Assembly (NCBI RefSeq): GCF_964355755.1
Contig: NC_092673.1
Location: 31,121,648-31,185,647 of the forward strand
Source: Antedon mediterranea
Taxonomy: Eukaryota; Animalia; Echinodermata
Length of the DNA: 64,000 bases
Direction: 5' to 3'
Shown: positions 50,447 to 64,000 of the stretch, piece by piece
Numbering within the stretch: the stretch's first letter is position 1
How the letters are laid out: every line of letters begins with the position of its first letter
Notes under the pieces: model-generated
Told to the model about the DNA's origin: nothing
Seen by the model: only the letters and a program-made list of their open reading frames with translations
Database searches by the model: none
Position numbers and translations under genes: made by a program

Positions 50447-53400
50447 TATGGCAAGCCTCAGCTGTCTGAAGTATTCAAAATATTATATTATTATATCATT
50501 TTTTATTATATTATATATTGTATTGTAATGAATTATACGTTTTGCATTATATTACTTGGTTTTAGCATTATATTATATCTATTTCTAATATATTATGTGA
50601 AAAATGTAACAAATTATTGACTTTTTGTATTATATTATTTGGTTTTAGCATTATATTATGAACATTTAATATTATATTATTAATAAAATACATTATATTA
50701 TAATATAATTGTATTATATTAAACGCATTTACTTTACTTTATAACATACAACATTATTATATTATACGGATTCGTTAGTTATATTATTATGTTGTATGAT
50801 GTTTATTATACGTCACGGCTTATTTCAGTTCTTCTAACTCTTTCTCTCCCTCCCCCTGTTCACTAGCAATCAGCGGCCGGCAGAATCTGAATTGTGTGAC
50901 TGTTGAAGAATAACTACGTACTAGGCCTAGCCTAGGCCTACTAGGGGATCTAGACAAGTGACCAAGGATCACCGGACAGCTACAACTAATACTACAATAC
51001 AATAATACTACTACAATAACTACTACTGCTACTACCTAGGCCTAGCTAGTGAGTAGTAGGTACTAGGCTCTAGGGCGTATGTATGATGTTAACTACTAGG
51101 TAGGGCCTAGCTAGGCTAGGCCTAACTAGAGGCCTACTAGTACTACTAGGCTAGGCCTAGACTTAAGTTGTAGTAGGCTAGGGCCGGGCCTGCTGCCTTA
51201 GGCTAGGCTACTACTACTACTACTACTACTACTAGGCAGCCCATGATGGGTACGAGTAAGCCAAAATTTTGGATATATGTAAACCAAAATTTGGGTACGA
51301 GCGTGTTGGCATGGCATGCATGGGTACGGGTTAACCTGTATCCTTCTAGCTAATCGTACTATGCCTAGGCCTCAAGTAAGTCTACGCTACCCAGTCCGGC
51401 TACAATATGGTCTATTTTGTTTTATAGCTTTATTGATAGCTGGGTTCAAATCTGGGTTGGGACGGCTTTTTCTCATTCTAAAACAGATTTCCTTATAATA
51501 AAATAATATATGAATTTATTTGTAATATTGTAATGTATACATAATATAAGTAATTGCCATTGCCTTTATTACTATTAATTATGTATTATACGGTTACCCC
51601 TTAATTATACTATAGTATAATTTCCTTGTTATATTTTACAATATTTTCTTCCTAATTCTACAATTTTGTCTTTCACAGCACAAATTTATCATACTGAATC
51701 ATCACACACCAAGTCTCATAAATCTCTACTGTATTTGTCCAAGCTACTCCAGCTACATGGTATTGCCTTGAGGCTAAATTACACGGTATACTGGCACTAC
51801 CATCATTCCTGGCTCGTCAACCTGTACCACATAAGCACAGTTTCAGTTTCAGTTTATTTACCATTTCAATTTCTGAACATAAGATGAACAACTTATATGG
51901 ATGGATAACCGTAAGAGCGAAGCTCGTTTACCGGTCACCCGTTAGTGCAGTGACATTACAGACAACATAAAGACAGGACAAAGGTGCAATACTTAACAAG
52001 ACATGTGAACACTTGTGTTTGCAACCCCTTGGATAAAATAATATATTTATATAATGGAGAAAGTTAGATATTATAATATTTCTTTTTGATCATACAATGA
52101 TAATTTTTAAATTACTTCTTAAGAAGTCATACTACTGATTCAAAATAGTGACTTACACCCTGTGGTCAAGGCTTTCTTTGCTCTTATGCTTATTTCCTCC
52201 AACATACAGAGTACATAGGACTTTTTTTATTCATAACTGTTGAATTGTTTCCCAATACATAGTACCTATTGGTATTATATCTAAAAATACAAAGGCGGCT
52301 AACACAGATAGTTCCATATATACAGTACTCTTTTATAAATAAATGTATCTCTCCAAACTACTCCCAACTACCTAATCTAATAATAGTACTATTAGCATAC
52401 TACTATACACTTTGTAGACAAGAAATAAGTTGTATACACTAGAGGACTTATGGTAGTACAGTCGATCGCCCTCTCACTGGCCCGGTCAACATAATCTATA
52501 CCTAGATTATTACAGTAATTAAAGTACATTATTACAGAGTTTTTTGTTTTTTTTTGCAGAAATCAAAGTTATGTGTATAGAAAGCAGTACTCGTATTAAA
52601 AACTAAGCAGGTTGCAGGTCTTGAATGCAAACTGGCAGGATATTTTGAATATTTTTGTTGTTGAAATGATGGAATCCTAACTTCAATTTCCACGAACCCT
52701 TTTATTTAAATTTATTTGAATAGACCTCCATGTAAACTCATTAAAGGCTACATGATTGTTTTATATTTTAATATGTGATAGTAGAAAATCATTGTGTATA
52801 ATGAGGACTATGAATCTGACATTTACTTGCATTCTCATCTTTTTAAACTATTATTTATAATGCCGGTAATGAGTTTAAAATTTAATTATTGACTATTTTT
52901 GATAATCATCATGTCCTTATAAATTCATTTATATTTCTTTTGTGTAATATAGTTCATATATTATGTATTAAGTAAATTGGTAAGGCCCTATACTGTTACT
53001 ATTTAAGGAAAGTTTATATACACTATTATTTTATGCCTACCAATATTAGTATTAATTGTTTATGTAAATATTTTGTCTAATTGCCTTGATTTTTTGTATA
53101 GGCCAATGGCATCAATGTTTTTCTCAAAGCAAATTAGCCTAATAATGCCACATTTAGACACATGATTCATTGATTTCTGATATTCTGTACTTGTGTATGC
53201 ATTACTAAAATAGTAGTTAATATACAGTATTTCATTTATAATGTATGTATAAACATATATTCATATTTTTTTTAACATTTTTAAATTTAAAAATTATTAC
53301 AATACCTATCTACCTTTCTGATATTGTTACTATTATATAATATTCTTTGAGGCAGCAATAAAAAAAAATTAGAACAATTAATTTGAGTTGTACTGTACTA

Positions 53401-56400
53401 TGTTAGTTCAGGAGATGAAGTGTGTGTGGGCAGAAACTAGTGTGTTGGAGGTTGGTGGTGTGAGGTGTATAGTTGTCACTTTAAGACCTAAATTAGATGT
53501 TTTCTGAAGAAAAGAAGTAAGCGCATACGCTTTCAAACAACTCCAAGAAGATTCACACAAAAATAATTACTTTCCAATAAAGTAGTATAACAGTGTATAT
53601 TACAGTACATTGAATAAACTCGAGCGAAATAATAACGCACATAAAAAAACATTCATTTTCTTTTCGAAAAGTGCCCTCTCTAGTTTTCTATTAATTTATT
53701 AATAATTATTATTAATTAATGAGTAATATGAACATATTTTTAAAATTCAATGCTGGAAGCTGGTTCTACTCCTAACAAAGTTTCATATCTCCAAATTTCA
53801 TCAACGTATTCAAAGCACTTCAATATTAAATATCACATTTAACATAAAAATTCGGGTTTTGGATAGAATTTTGCTTAAAAACATATACAAAAAACATCGA
53901 TAAAAAATACTTTTCGTATTCAAAAATATTTGATACTTGGTATAAATGTTCACTATAGGTTGCTCTATTCACAGAAAAAAATTGCATTCATGAACGTATT
54001 TTGTTGGTCGTTTTTTCAAAATAGTTATTAGCTTAAAAAAAATGAGTTGGAATTGTATGGTCTTTCATAAGTGTACATTTTGTAAAAACGTAAATTTAAA
54101 AAATCAGTGATATGGCTTGATAGTTATTTTTTGTTTGCAATATGGATGGAGCAACCTATATTGAACATTTATACCAAGTATCAAATGTTTTTGAATACGA
54201 AAAGTATTTTTTATCGATGTTTTTTGTATATGTTTTTAAGCAAAATTATATCCAAAACCTGAATTTGTAATGTTAAATGTAATTTATTTAAGTGCTTTGA
54301 ATACGTTGATGAAATTTGGAGATATGAAACTTTGTTAGGAGTAGATACAGTTTCCAGCATTAAATTTTAAAAATATGTTTATATTACTCATTAATTGATA
54401 ATAATTATTAATAAATTAATAGAAAACTAGAGAGGGCACTTTTCGACAAGAAAATGAATGTTTTTTATGTGCGTTATTATTCCGCTCGAGTTTATTCAAT
54501 GTACTGTATATACACTGTTATACTATTTTATTGGAAAGCAATTATTTTGGTGTGAATCTTCTTGGAGTTGTTTGAAAGCGTATCCGCTTACTTCTTTTCT
54601 TCAGAAAACATCTAATTTAGGTCGTAAAGTGACAACTATACACCTCACACCACCAACCTCCAACACACTAGTTTCTGCCCACACACGCTTCATCTCCTGA
54701 ACTAACATAGTACAGTATAAGTCAAATAAATTTTTTAATTTTTTTTTATTGCTGCCTCAAAAAATATTATATAATAGTAACAATATCAGAAAGGTAGATA
54801 GGTATTGTAATAATTTTTAAATTTAAAAATGTTAAAAAAAAATATGAATATATGTTTATACATACATTATAAATGAAATATATTAACTACTATTTTAGTA
54901 ATGCATAGACAAGTACAGAATATCAGAAATCAATGAATCATGTGTCTAAATGTGGCATTATTAGGCTAATTTGCTTTGAGAAAAACATTGATGCCATTGG
55001 CCTATACAAAAATCAAGGCAATTAGACAAAATATTTACATAAACAATTAATACTAATATTGGTAGGCATAAAATAATAGTGTATATAAACTTTCCTTAAA
55101 TAATAACAGTATAGGGCCTTACCAATTTATTTAATACATAATATATGAACTATATTACACAAAAAAAGTATAAATGAATTAATAAGGACATGATGATTAT
55201 CAAAAATAGTCAATATAATTAAATTTTAAACTCATTACCGGCATTATAAATAATATTTTAAAAAGATAAGAATGCAAGTAAATATCAGATTCATAGTCCT
55301 CATTATACACAATGATTTCCTACTATCACATATTAAAATATAAAACAATCATGTAGCCTTTAATGACTTTACATGGAGGTCTATTCAAATAAATTTAAAT
55401 AAAAGGGTCATAATATGTCTTCGTCTCCAGTTCGTTCCATCATTTCAACAACAAAAAATATTCAAAATATCCAGCCAGTTTGCATTCAAGACCTGCAACC
55501 TGCTTAGTTTTTAATACGAGTACTGCTTTCTATACACATAACTTTGATTTCTGCAAAAAAAAAAAAAACTCTGTAATAATGTACTTTAATTACTGTAATA
55601 ATCTAGGTATAGATTATGTTGACCGGGCCAGTGAGAGGGCGATCGACTGTACTACCATAAGTCCTGTAGGTGTATACAACTTATTTCTTGTCTACAAAGT
55701 GTATAGTAGTATGCTAATAGTACTATTATTAGATTAGGTAGTTGGGAGCAGTTTGGAGAGATACATCTATCTATAAAAGAGTACTGTATATATGGAACTA
55801 TCTGTGTTAGCCGCCTTTGTATTTTTAGATATAATACCAATAGGTACTATGTATTGGGAAACAATTCAACAGTTATGAATAAAAAAAGTCCTATGTACTC
55901 TGTATATTGGAGGAAATAAGCATAGGAGCAAATAAAGCCTTGACCACAGGGTGTAAGTCACTATTTTGAATCAGTAGTATGACTTCTTAAGAAGTAATTT
56001 AAAAATTATCATTGTATGATCAAAAAGAAATATTATAATATCTAACTTTCTCCTTTATATAAATATATTATTTTATCCAAGGGGTTGCAAACACAAGTGT
56101 TCACATGTCTTGTTAAGTATTGCACCTTTGTCCTGTCTTTATGTTTTCTGTAATGTCACTGCACTAACGGGTGACCGGTAAACGAGCTTCGCTCTTACGG
56201 TTATCCATCCATATAAGTTGTTCATCTCTTATGTTCAGAAATTGAAATGGTAAATAAACTCAAACTGAAACTGTGCTTATGTGGTACAGGTTGACGAGCC
56301 AGGAATGATGGTAGTGCCAGTATACCGTGTAGTTTAGCCTCAAGGCAATACCATGTAGCTGGAGTAGCTTGGACAAATACAGTAGAGATTTATGAGACTT

Positions 56401-57665
56401 GGTGTGTGATGATTCAGTATGATAAATTTGTGCTGTGAAAAACAAAATTGTAGAATTAGGAAGAAAATATTGTAAAATATAACAAGGAAATTATACTATA
56501 GTATAATTAAGGGGTAACCGTATAATACATAATTAATAGTAATAAAGGCAATGGCAATTACTTATATTATGTATACATTACAATATTACAAATAAATTCA
56601 TATATTATTTTATTATGATAAGGAAATCTATTTTAGAATGAGAAAAAGCCGTCCCAACCCAGATTTGAACCCAGCTATCAATAAAGCTATAAAACAAAAT
56701 AGACCATATTGTAGCCGGACTGGGTAGCGTAGACTTACTTGAGGCCTAGGCATAGTACGATTAGCTAGAAGGATACAGGTCAACCCGTACCCATGCCATG
56801 CCAACACGCTCGTACCCAAATTTTGGTTTACATATACCCAAAATTTTGGCTTACTCGTACCCATCATGGGCTGCCTAGTAGTAGTAGTAGTAGTAGTAGT
56901 AGTAGCCTAGCCTAAGGCAGCAGGCCCGGCCCTAGCCTACTACAACTTAAGTCTAGGCCTAGCCTAGTACTAGTAGGCCTCTAGCTAGGCCTAGCCTAGG
57001 CCCTAGTAGTTAACATCATACATACGCCCTAGAGCCTAGTAGTAGCTACCTACTACTCACTCTAGCTAGGCCTAAGTAGTAGCAGTAGTAGTTATTGTAG
57101 TAGTATTATTGTATTGTAGTATTAGTTGTAGCTGTCCGGTGATCCTTGGTCACTTGTCTAGATCCCCTAGTAGGCCTAGGCTAGGCCTAGTACGTAGTTA
57201 TTCTTCAACAGTCACACAATTCAGATTCTGCCGGCCGCTGATTGCTAGTGAACAGGGGGAGGGAGAGAAAGAGTTAGAAGAACTGAAATAAGCCGTGACG
57301 TATAATAAACATCATACAAAATAATAATATAACTAACGAATCCGTATAATATAATAATGTTGTATGTTATAAAGTAAAGTAAATGCGTTTAATATAATAC
57401 AATTATATTATAATATAATGTATTTTATTAATAATATAATATTAAATGTTCATAATATAATGCTAAAACCAAATAATATAATACAAAAAGTCAATAATTT
57501 GTTACATTTTCCACATAATATATTAGAAATAGATATAATATAATGCTAAAACCAAGTAATATAATGCAAAACGTATAATTCATTACAATACAATATATAA
57601 TATAATAAAAAAATGATATAATAATATAATATTTTGAATACTTCAGACAGCTGAGGCTTGCCATA
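50447..57665. mobile_element. Giant palindromic (foldback) DNA element copy 1, 7.2 kb, IS3EU-like termini
   Basis: Arms 50447-53965 and 54149-57665 (~3.5 kb) are inverted copies around a ~183-bp spacer; ends TATGGCAAGCC...GGCTTGCCATA; 6-bp TSD CAATTT at 50441-50446 and 57666-57671; no transposase ORF seen. Confidence 0.9.
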
Positions 57666-57883
57666 CAATTTAGCACTGTGTTTTACTATAACCAATTTGG
57701 TTAGAGTAAAGCACAATGATAAAGAATAGGAAACATTTAATAACATGATAAATGACATTCACATAGCAATTTAGCACTGTGTTTTACTATAACCAATCAG
57801 ATTAGAGTAAAACACAATGATAAAGAATAGGAAACATTTAATAATATGATATATAACATTTACATAGCAATTTAACACTGTGT
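57666..57883. repeat. Remainder of the 101-bp satellite between the two giant elements
   Basis: About 2 units carrying the same variants as 49936-50153. Confidence 0.93.
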
Positions 57884-58630
57884 TATGGCAAGCCTCAGCT
57901 GTCTGAAGTATTCAAAATATTATATTATTATATCAATTTTTTATTATATTATATATTGTATTGTAATGAATTATACGTTTTGCATTATATTACTTGGTTT
58001 TAGCATTATATTATATCTATTTCTAATATATTATGTGAAAAATGTAACAAATTATTGACTTTTTGTATTATATTATTTGGTTTTAGCATTATATTATGAA
58101 CATTTAGTATTATATTATTAATAAAATACATTATATTATAATATAATTGTATTATATTAAACGCATTTACTTTACTTTATAACATACAACATTATTATAT
58201 TATACGGATTCGTTAGTTATATTATTATTTTGTATGATGTTTATTATACGTCACGGCTTATTTCAGTTCTTCTAACTCTTTCTCTCCCTCCCCCTGTTCA
58301 CTAGCAATCAGCGGCCGGCAGAATCTGAATTGTGTGACTGTTGAAGAATAACTACGTACTAGGCCTAGCCTAGGCCTACTAGGGGATCTAGACAAGTGAC
58401 CAAGGATCACCGGACAGCTACAACTAATACTACAATACAATAATACTACTACAATAACTACTACTGCTACTACCTAGGCCTAGCTAGTGAGTAGTAGGTA
58501 GCTACTACTAGGCTCTAGGCGTATGTATGATGTTAACTACTAGGGCCTAGGCTAGGCCTAGAGGCCTACTAGGCTAGGCCTAGACTTAAGTTGTAGTAGG
58601 CTAGGGCCGGGCCTGCTGCCTTAGGCTAGG

Positions 58631-58666
<36 letters not shown>

Positions 58667-61600
58667 GGCAGCCCATGATGGGTACGAGTAAGCCAAAATT
58701 TTGGATATATGTAAACCAAAATTTGGGTACGAGCGTGTTGGCATGGCATGGGTACGGACTACGGGTTGACCTGTATCCTTCTAGCTAATCGCACTATGCC
58801 TAGGCCTCAAGTAAGTCTACGCTACCCAGTCCGGCTACAATATGGTCTATTTTGTTTTATAGCTTTATTGATAGCTGGGTTCAAATCTGTGTTGGGACGG
58901 CTTTTTCTCATTCTAAAACAGATTTCCTTATAATAAAATAATATATGAATTTATTTGTAATATTGTAATTTATACATAATATAAGTAATTGCCATTATTA
59001 CTATTAATTATGTATTATACGGTTACCCCTTAATTATACTATAGTATAATTTCCTTGTTATATTTTACAATATTTTCTTCCTAATTCTACAATTTTGTCT
59101 TTCACAGCACAAATTTATCATACTGAATCATCACACACCAAGTCTCATAAATCTCTACTGTATTTGTCCAAGCTACTCCAGCTACGGTACATGGTATTGC
59201 CTTGAGGCTAAACTACACGGTATACTGGCACTACCATCATTCCTGGCTCGTCAACTTGTACCACATAAGCACAGTTTCAGTTTCAGTTTATTTACCATTT
59301 CAATTTCTGAACATAAGAGATGAACAACTTATGGATGGATAACCGTAAGAGCGAAGCTCGTTTACCGGTCACCCGTTAGTGCAGTGACATTACAGAAAAC
59401 ATAAAGACAGGACAAAGGTGCAATACTTAACAAGACATGTGAACACTTGTGTTTACAACCCCTTGGATAAAATAATATATTTATATAAAGGAGAAAGTTA
59501 GATATTATAATATTTCTTTTTGATCATACAATGATAATTTTTAAATTACTTCTTAAGAAGTCATACTACTGATTCAAAATAGTGACTTACACCCTGTGGT
59601 CAAGGCGTTATTTGCTCTTATGCTTATTTCCTCCAACATACAGAGTACATAGGACTTTTTTAATTCATAACTGTTGAATTGTTTCCCAATACATAGTACC
59701 TATTGGTATTATATCTAAAAATACAAAGGCGGCTAACACAGATAGTTCCATATATACAGTACTCTTTTATAGATAGATGTAATCTCTCCAAACTACTCCC
59801 AACTACCTAATCTAATAATAGTACTATTAGCATACTACTATACACTTTGTAGACAAGAAATAAGTTGTATACACCTACAGGACTTATGGTAGTACAGTCG
59901 ATCGCACTCTCACTGGCCCGGTCAACATAATCTATACCTAGATTATTACAGTAATTAAAGTACATTATTACAGAGTTTTGTTTTTTTTGCAGAAATCAAA
60001 GTTATGTGTATAGAAAGCAGTACTCGTATTAAAAACTAAGCAGGTTGCAGGTCTTGAATGCGAACTGGCAGGATATTTTGAATATTTTTTGTTGTTGAAA
60101 TGATGTCCAGAATCCTAACTTCAATTTCCACGAACTGGAGACGAAGACATATTATGACCCTTTTATTTAAATTTATTTGAATAGACCTCCATGTAAAGTC
60201 ATTAAAGGCTACATGATTGTTTTATATTTTAATATGTGATAGTAGGAAATCATTGTGTATAATGAGGACTATGAATCTGATATTTACTTGCATTCTTATC
60301 TTTTTAAAATATTATTTATAATGCCGGTAATGAGTTTAAAATTTAATGATATTGACTATTTTTGATAATCATCATGTCCTTATAAATTCATTTATACTTT
60401 TTATGTGTAATATAGTTCATATATTATGTATTAAATAAATTGGTAAGGCCCTACTGTTATTATTTAAGGAAAGTTTATATACACTATTATTTTATGCCTA
60501 CCAATATTAGTATTAATTGTTTATGTAAATATTTTGTCTAATTGCCTTGATTTTTGTATAGGCCAATGGCATCAATGTTTTTCTCAAAGCAAATTAGCCT
60601 AATAATGCCACATTTAGACACATGATTCATTGATTTCTGATATTCTGTACTTGTGTGTATGCATTACTAAAATAGTAGTTAATATATTTCATTTATAATG
60701 TATGTATAAACATATATTCATATTTTTTTAAACATTTTTAAATTTAAAAATTATTACAATACCTATCTACCTTTCTGATATTGTTACTATTATATAATAT
60801 TCTTTGAGGCAGCAATAAAAAAAAAAATTAGAACAATTAATTTGACTTATACTGTACTATGTTAGTTCAGGAGATGAAGTGTGTGTGGGCAGAAACTAGT
60901 GTGTTGGAGGTTGGTTGTGTGAGGTGTATAGTAGTCACTTTAAGACCTAAATTAGATGTTTTCTGAAGAAAAGAAGTAAGCGCATACGCTTTCAAACAAC
61001 TCCAAGAAGATTCACACAAAAATAATTACTTTCCAATAAAGTAGTATAACAGTGTATATTACAGTACATTGAATAAACTCGAGCGGAATAATAACGCACA
61101 TAAAAAAACATTCATTTTCTTTTCGAAAAGTGCCCTCTCTAGTTTTCTATTAATTTATTATTATTAATATTATTATTATTATTAATTAATGAGTAATATG
61201 AACATATTTTTAACATTCAATGCTGGAAGCTGGTTCTACTCCTAACAACGTTTCATATCTCTAAATTTCATTAACGTATTCAAAGCACTTCAATATTAAA
61301 TATCACATTTAACATAAAAATTCGGGTTTTGGATAGACTTTGGCTTAAAAACATATACAAAAAACATCGATAAAAAATACTTTTCGTATTCAAAAACATT
61401 TGATACTTGGTATAAATGTTCACTATAGGTTGCTCTATTCACAGAAGAAAATTGCATTCATGAACGTTTTTTGTTGGTTGTTTTTTCAAAATAGTTATTA
61501 GCTTGAAAAAAATGAGTGGGAATTGTATGGTCTTTCATAAGTGTACATTTTGTAAAAACGTAAATTTAAAAAATCAGTGATATGGCTTGATAGTTATTTT

Positions 61601-64000
61601 TTGTTTGCAATATGGATGGAGCAACCTATATTGAACATTTATACCAAGTATCAAATGTTTTTGAATACGAAAAGTATTTTTTATCGATGTTTTTTGTATA
61701 TGTTTTTAAGCAAAATTATATCCAAAACCTGAATTTGTAATGTTAAATGTAATTTATTGAAGTGCTTTGAATACGTTAATGAAATTTGGAGATATGAAAC
61801 TTTGTTAGGAGTAGATATAGTTTCCAGCATTAAATGTTAATATGTATGTTCATATTACTCATTAATTAATAACAATTATTAATAAATTAATAGAAAACTA
61901 GAGAGGGCACTTTTCGAAAAGAAAATGAATGTTTTTTTATGTGCGTTATTATTCCGCTCGAGTTTATTCAATGTACTGTAATATACACTGTTATACCAGG
62001 GAAGAGTTAACTCTTCCCTGGTTATACTACTTTATTGGAAAGTAATTATTTTTGTGTGAATCTTCTTGGAGTTGTTTGAAAGCGTATGCGCTTACTTCTT
62101 TTCTTCAGAAAACATCTAATTTAGGTCTTAAAGTGACTACTATACACCTCACACCACCAACCTCTAACACACTAGTTTCTGCCCACACACACTTCATCTC
62201 CTGAACTAACATAGTACAGTATAAGTCAAATTAATTGTTCTAATTTTTTTTTTTATTGCTGCCTCAAAGAATATTATATAATAGTAACAATATCAGAAAG
62301 GTAGATAGGTATTGTAATAATTTTTAAATTTAAAAATGTTTAAAAAAATATGAATATATGTTTATACATACATTATAAATGAAATATATTAACTACTATT
62401 TTAGTAATGCATACACACAAGTACAGAATATCAGAAATCAATGAATCATGTGTCTAAATGTGGCATTATTAGGCTAATTTGCTTTGAGAAAAACATTGAT
62501 GCCATTGGCCTATACAAAAATCAAGGCAATTAGACAAAATATTTACATAAACAATTAATACTAATATTGGTAGGCATAAAATAATAGTGTATATAAACTT
62601 TCCTTAAATAATAACAGTATAGGGCCTTACCAATTTATTTAATACATAATATATGAACTATATTACACAAAAAAAGTATAAATGAATTTATAAGGACATG
62701 ATGATTATCAAAAATAGTCAATATAATTAAATTTTAAACTCATTACCGGCATTATAAATAATATTTTAAAAAGATAAGAATGCAAGTAACTATCAGATTC
62801 ATAGTCCTCATTATACACAATGATTTCCTACTATCACATATTAAAATATAAATCAATCATGTAGCCTTTAATGACTTTACATGGAGGTCTATTCAAATAA
62901 ATTTAAATAAAAGGGTCATAATATGTCTTCGTCTCCAGTTCGTGGAAACTGAAGTTAGGATTCCATCATTTAAACAACAAAAAATATTCAAAATATCCTG
63001 CCAGTTTGCATTCAAGACCTGCAACCTGCTTAGTTTTTAATACGAGTACTGCTTTCTATACACATAACTTTGATTTCTGCAAAAAAAACAAAACTCTGTA
63101 ATAATGTACTTTAATTACTGTAATATTAATCTAGGTATAGATTATGTTGACCGGGCCAGTGAGAGTGCGATCGACTGTACTACCATAAGTCCTGTAGGTG
63201 TATACAACTTATTTCTTGTCTACAAAGTGTATAGTAGTATGCTAATAGTACTATTATTAGATTAGGTAGTTGGGAGTAGTTTGGAGAGATACATCTATCT
63301 ATAAAAGAGTACTGTATATATGGAACTGTCTGTGTTAGTCGCCTTTGTATTTTTAGATATAATACCAATAGGTACTATGTATTGGGAAACAATTCAACAG
63401 TTATGAATAAAAAAAGTCCTATGTACTCTGTATGTTGGAGGAAATAAGCATAAGAGCAAATAAAGCCTTGACCACAGGGTGTAAGTCACTATTTTGAATC
63501 AGTAGTATGACTTCTTAAGAAGTAATTTAAAAAATATCATTGTATGATCAAAAAGAAATATTATAATATCTAACTTTCTCCTTTATATAAATATATTATT
63601 TTATCCAAGGGGTTGCAAACACAAGTGTTCACATGTCTTGTTAAGTATTGCACCTTTGTCCTGTCTTTATGTTTTCTGTAATGTCACTGCACTAACGGGT
63701 GACCGGTAAACGAGCTTCGCTCTTACGGTTATCCATCCATATAAGTTGTTCATCTCTTATGTTCAGAAATTGAAATGGTAAATAAACTGAAACTGAAACT
63801 GTGCTTATGTGGTACAGGTTGACGAGCCAGGAATGATGGTAGTGCCAGTATACCGTGTAGTTTAGCCTCAAGGCAATACCATGTAGCTGGAGTAGCTTGG
63901 ACAAATACAGTAGAGATTTATGAGACTTGGTGTGTGATGATTCAGTATGATAAATTTGTGCTGTGAAAGACAAAATTGTAGAATTAGGAAGAAAATATTG
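57884..64000. mobile_element. Giant palindromic element copy 2 (runs off the window end)
   Basis: Same terminus TATGGCAAGCC at 57884; left arm to 61435, same spacer, right arm from 61619 onward. Confidence 0.9.
61997..62020. mobile_element. 24-bp perfect-palindrome insertion with 7-bp TSD
   Basis: GTTATAC[CAGGGAAGAGTTAACTCTTCCCTG]GTTATAC; absent from the three homologous arms. Confidence 0.8.

Noticed and set aside
50920-51240. TAGGCCTA/CTAG-rich tract as a special structured element
   Set aside because: Low-complexity simple sequence also scattered elsewhere in the window (5570, 49050); no specific structure supportable.
50447-57665. Polinton/Maverick (also 6-bp TSD and long TIRs)
   Set aside because: Ends are TAT..ATA rather than AG-repeat type; no polB, integrase or capsid ORFs.
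50820-63973. Recurrent 60-93 aa ORFs in the giant elements
   Set aside because: They recur only because the arms are repeated; frameshifts differ between arms; no recognisable domain.

Overview
AT-rich, intron-containing animal genomic DNA, probably a marine invertebrate; the TAGGCCTA-rich tracts and repeat types suggest an echinoderm, which is an inference. Host genes: (1) a complete 8-exon EXOSC2/Rrp4 gene on the minus strand (49326-44377, 292 aa, all introns GT-AG), missed by the ORF track; (2) two tandem minus-strand paralogues (32885-32502, 38448-38065) encoding a 127-aa secreted prohormone-like protein ending LPGLR(V/I)-GRK, a predicted amidated neuropeptide of no family I recognise, with ~98% identical CDS but diverged flanks. 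The rest is mostly mobile DNA. It includes a decayed Transib (RAG1-related) transposon whose TIRs read as CACAGTG heptamer, 23-bp spacer and nonamer-like sequence (9367-11979). Two ~7.2-kb giant palindromic elements (TAT..ATA ends, 6-bp TSD, IS3EU-like) sit in a 101-bp satellite beside the EXOSC2 promoter and show arm-to-arm gene conversion. There is also a Penelope/SINE cluster with minimal hammerhead ribozymes (29.1-30.2 kb), many nested Harbinger-type MITEs, LINE 3' ends, a 2.4-kb tandem duplication, a 415-bp inverted duplication and several satellites. Most ORF-track entries are spurious. Family assignments come from recalled motifs, not database searches.
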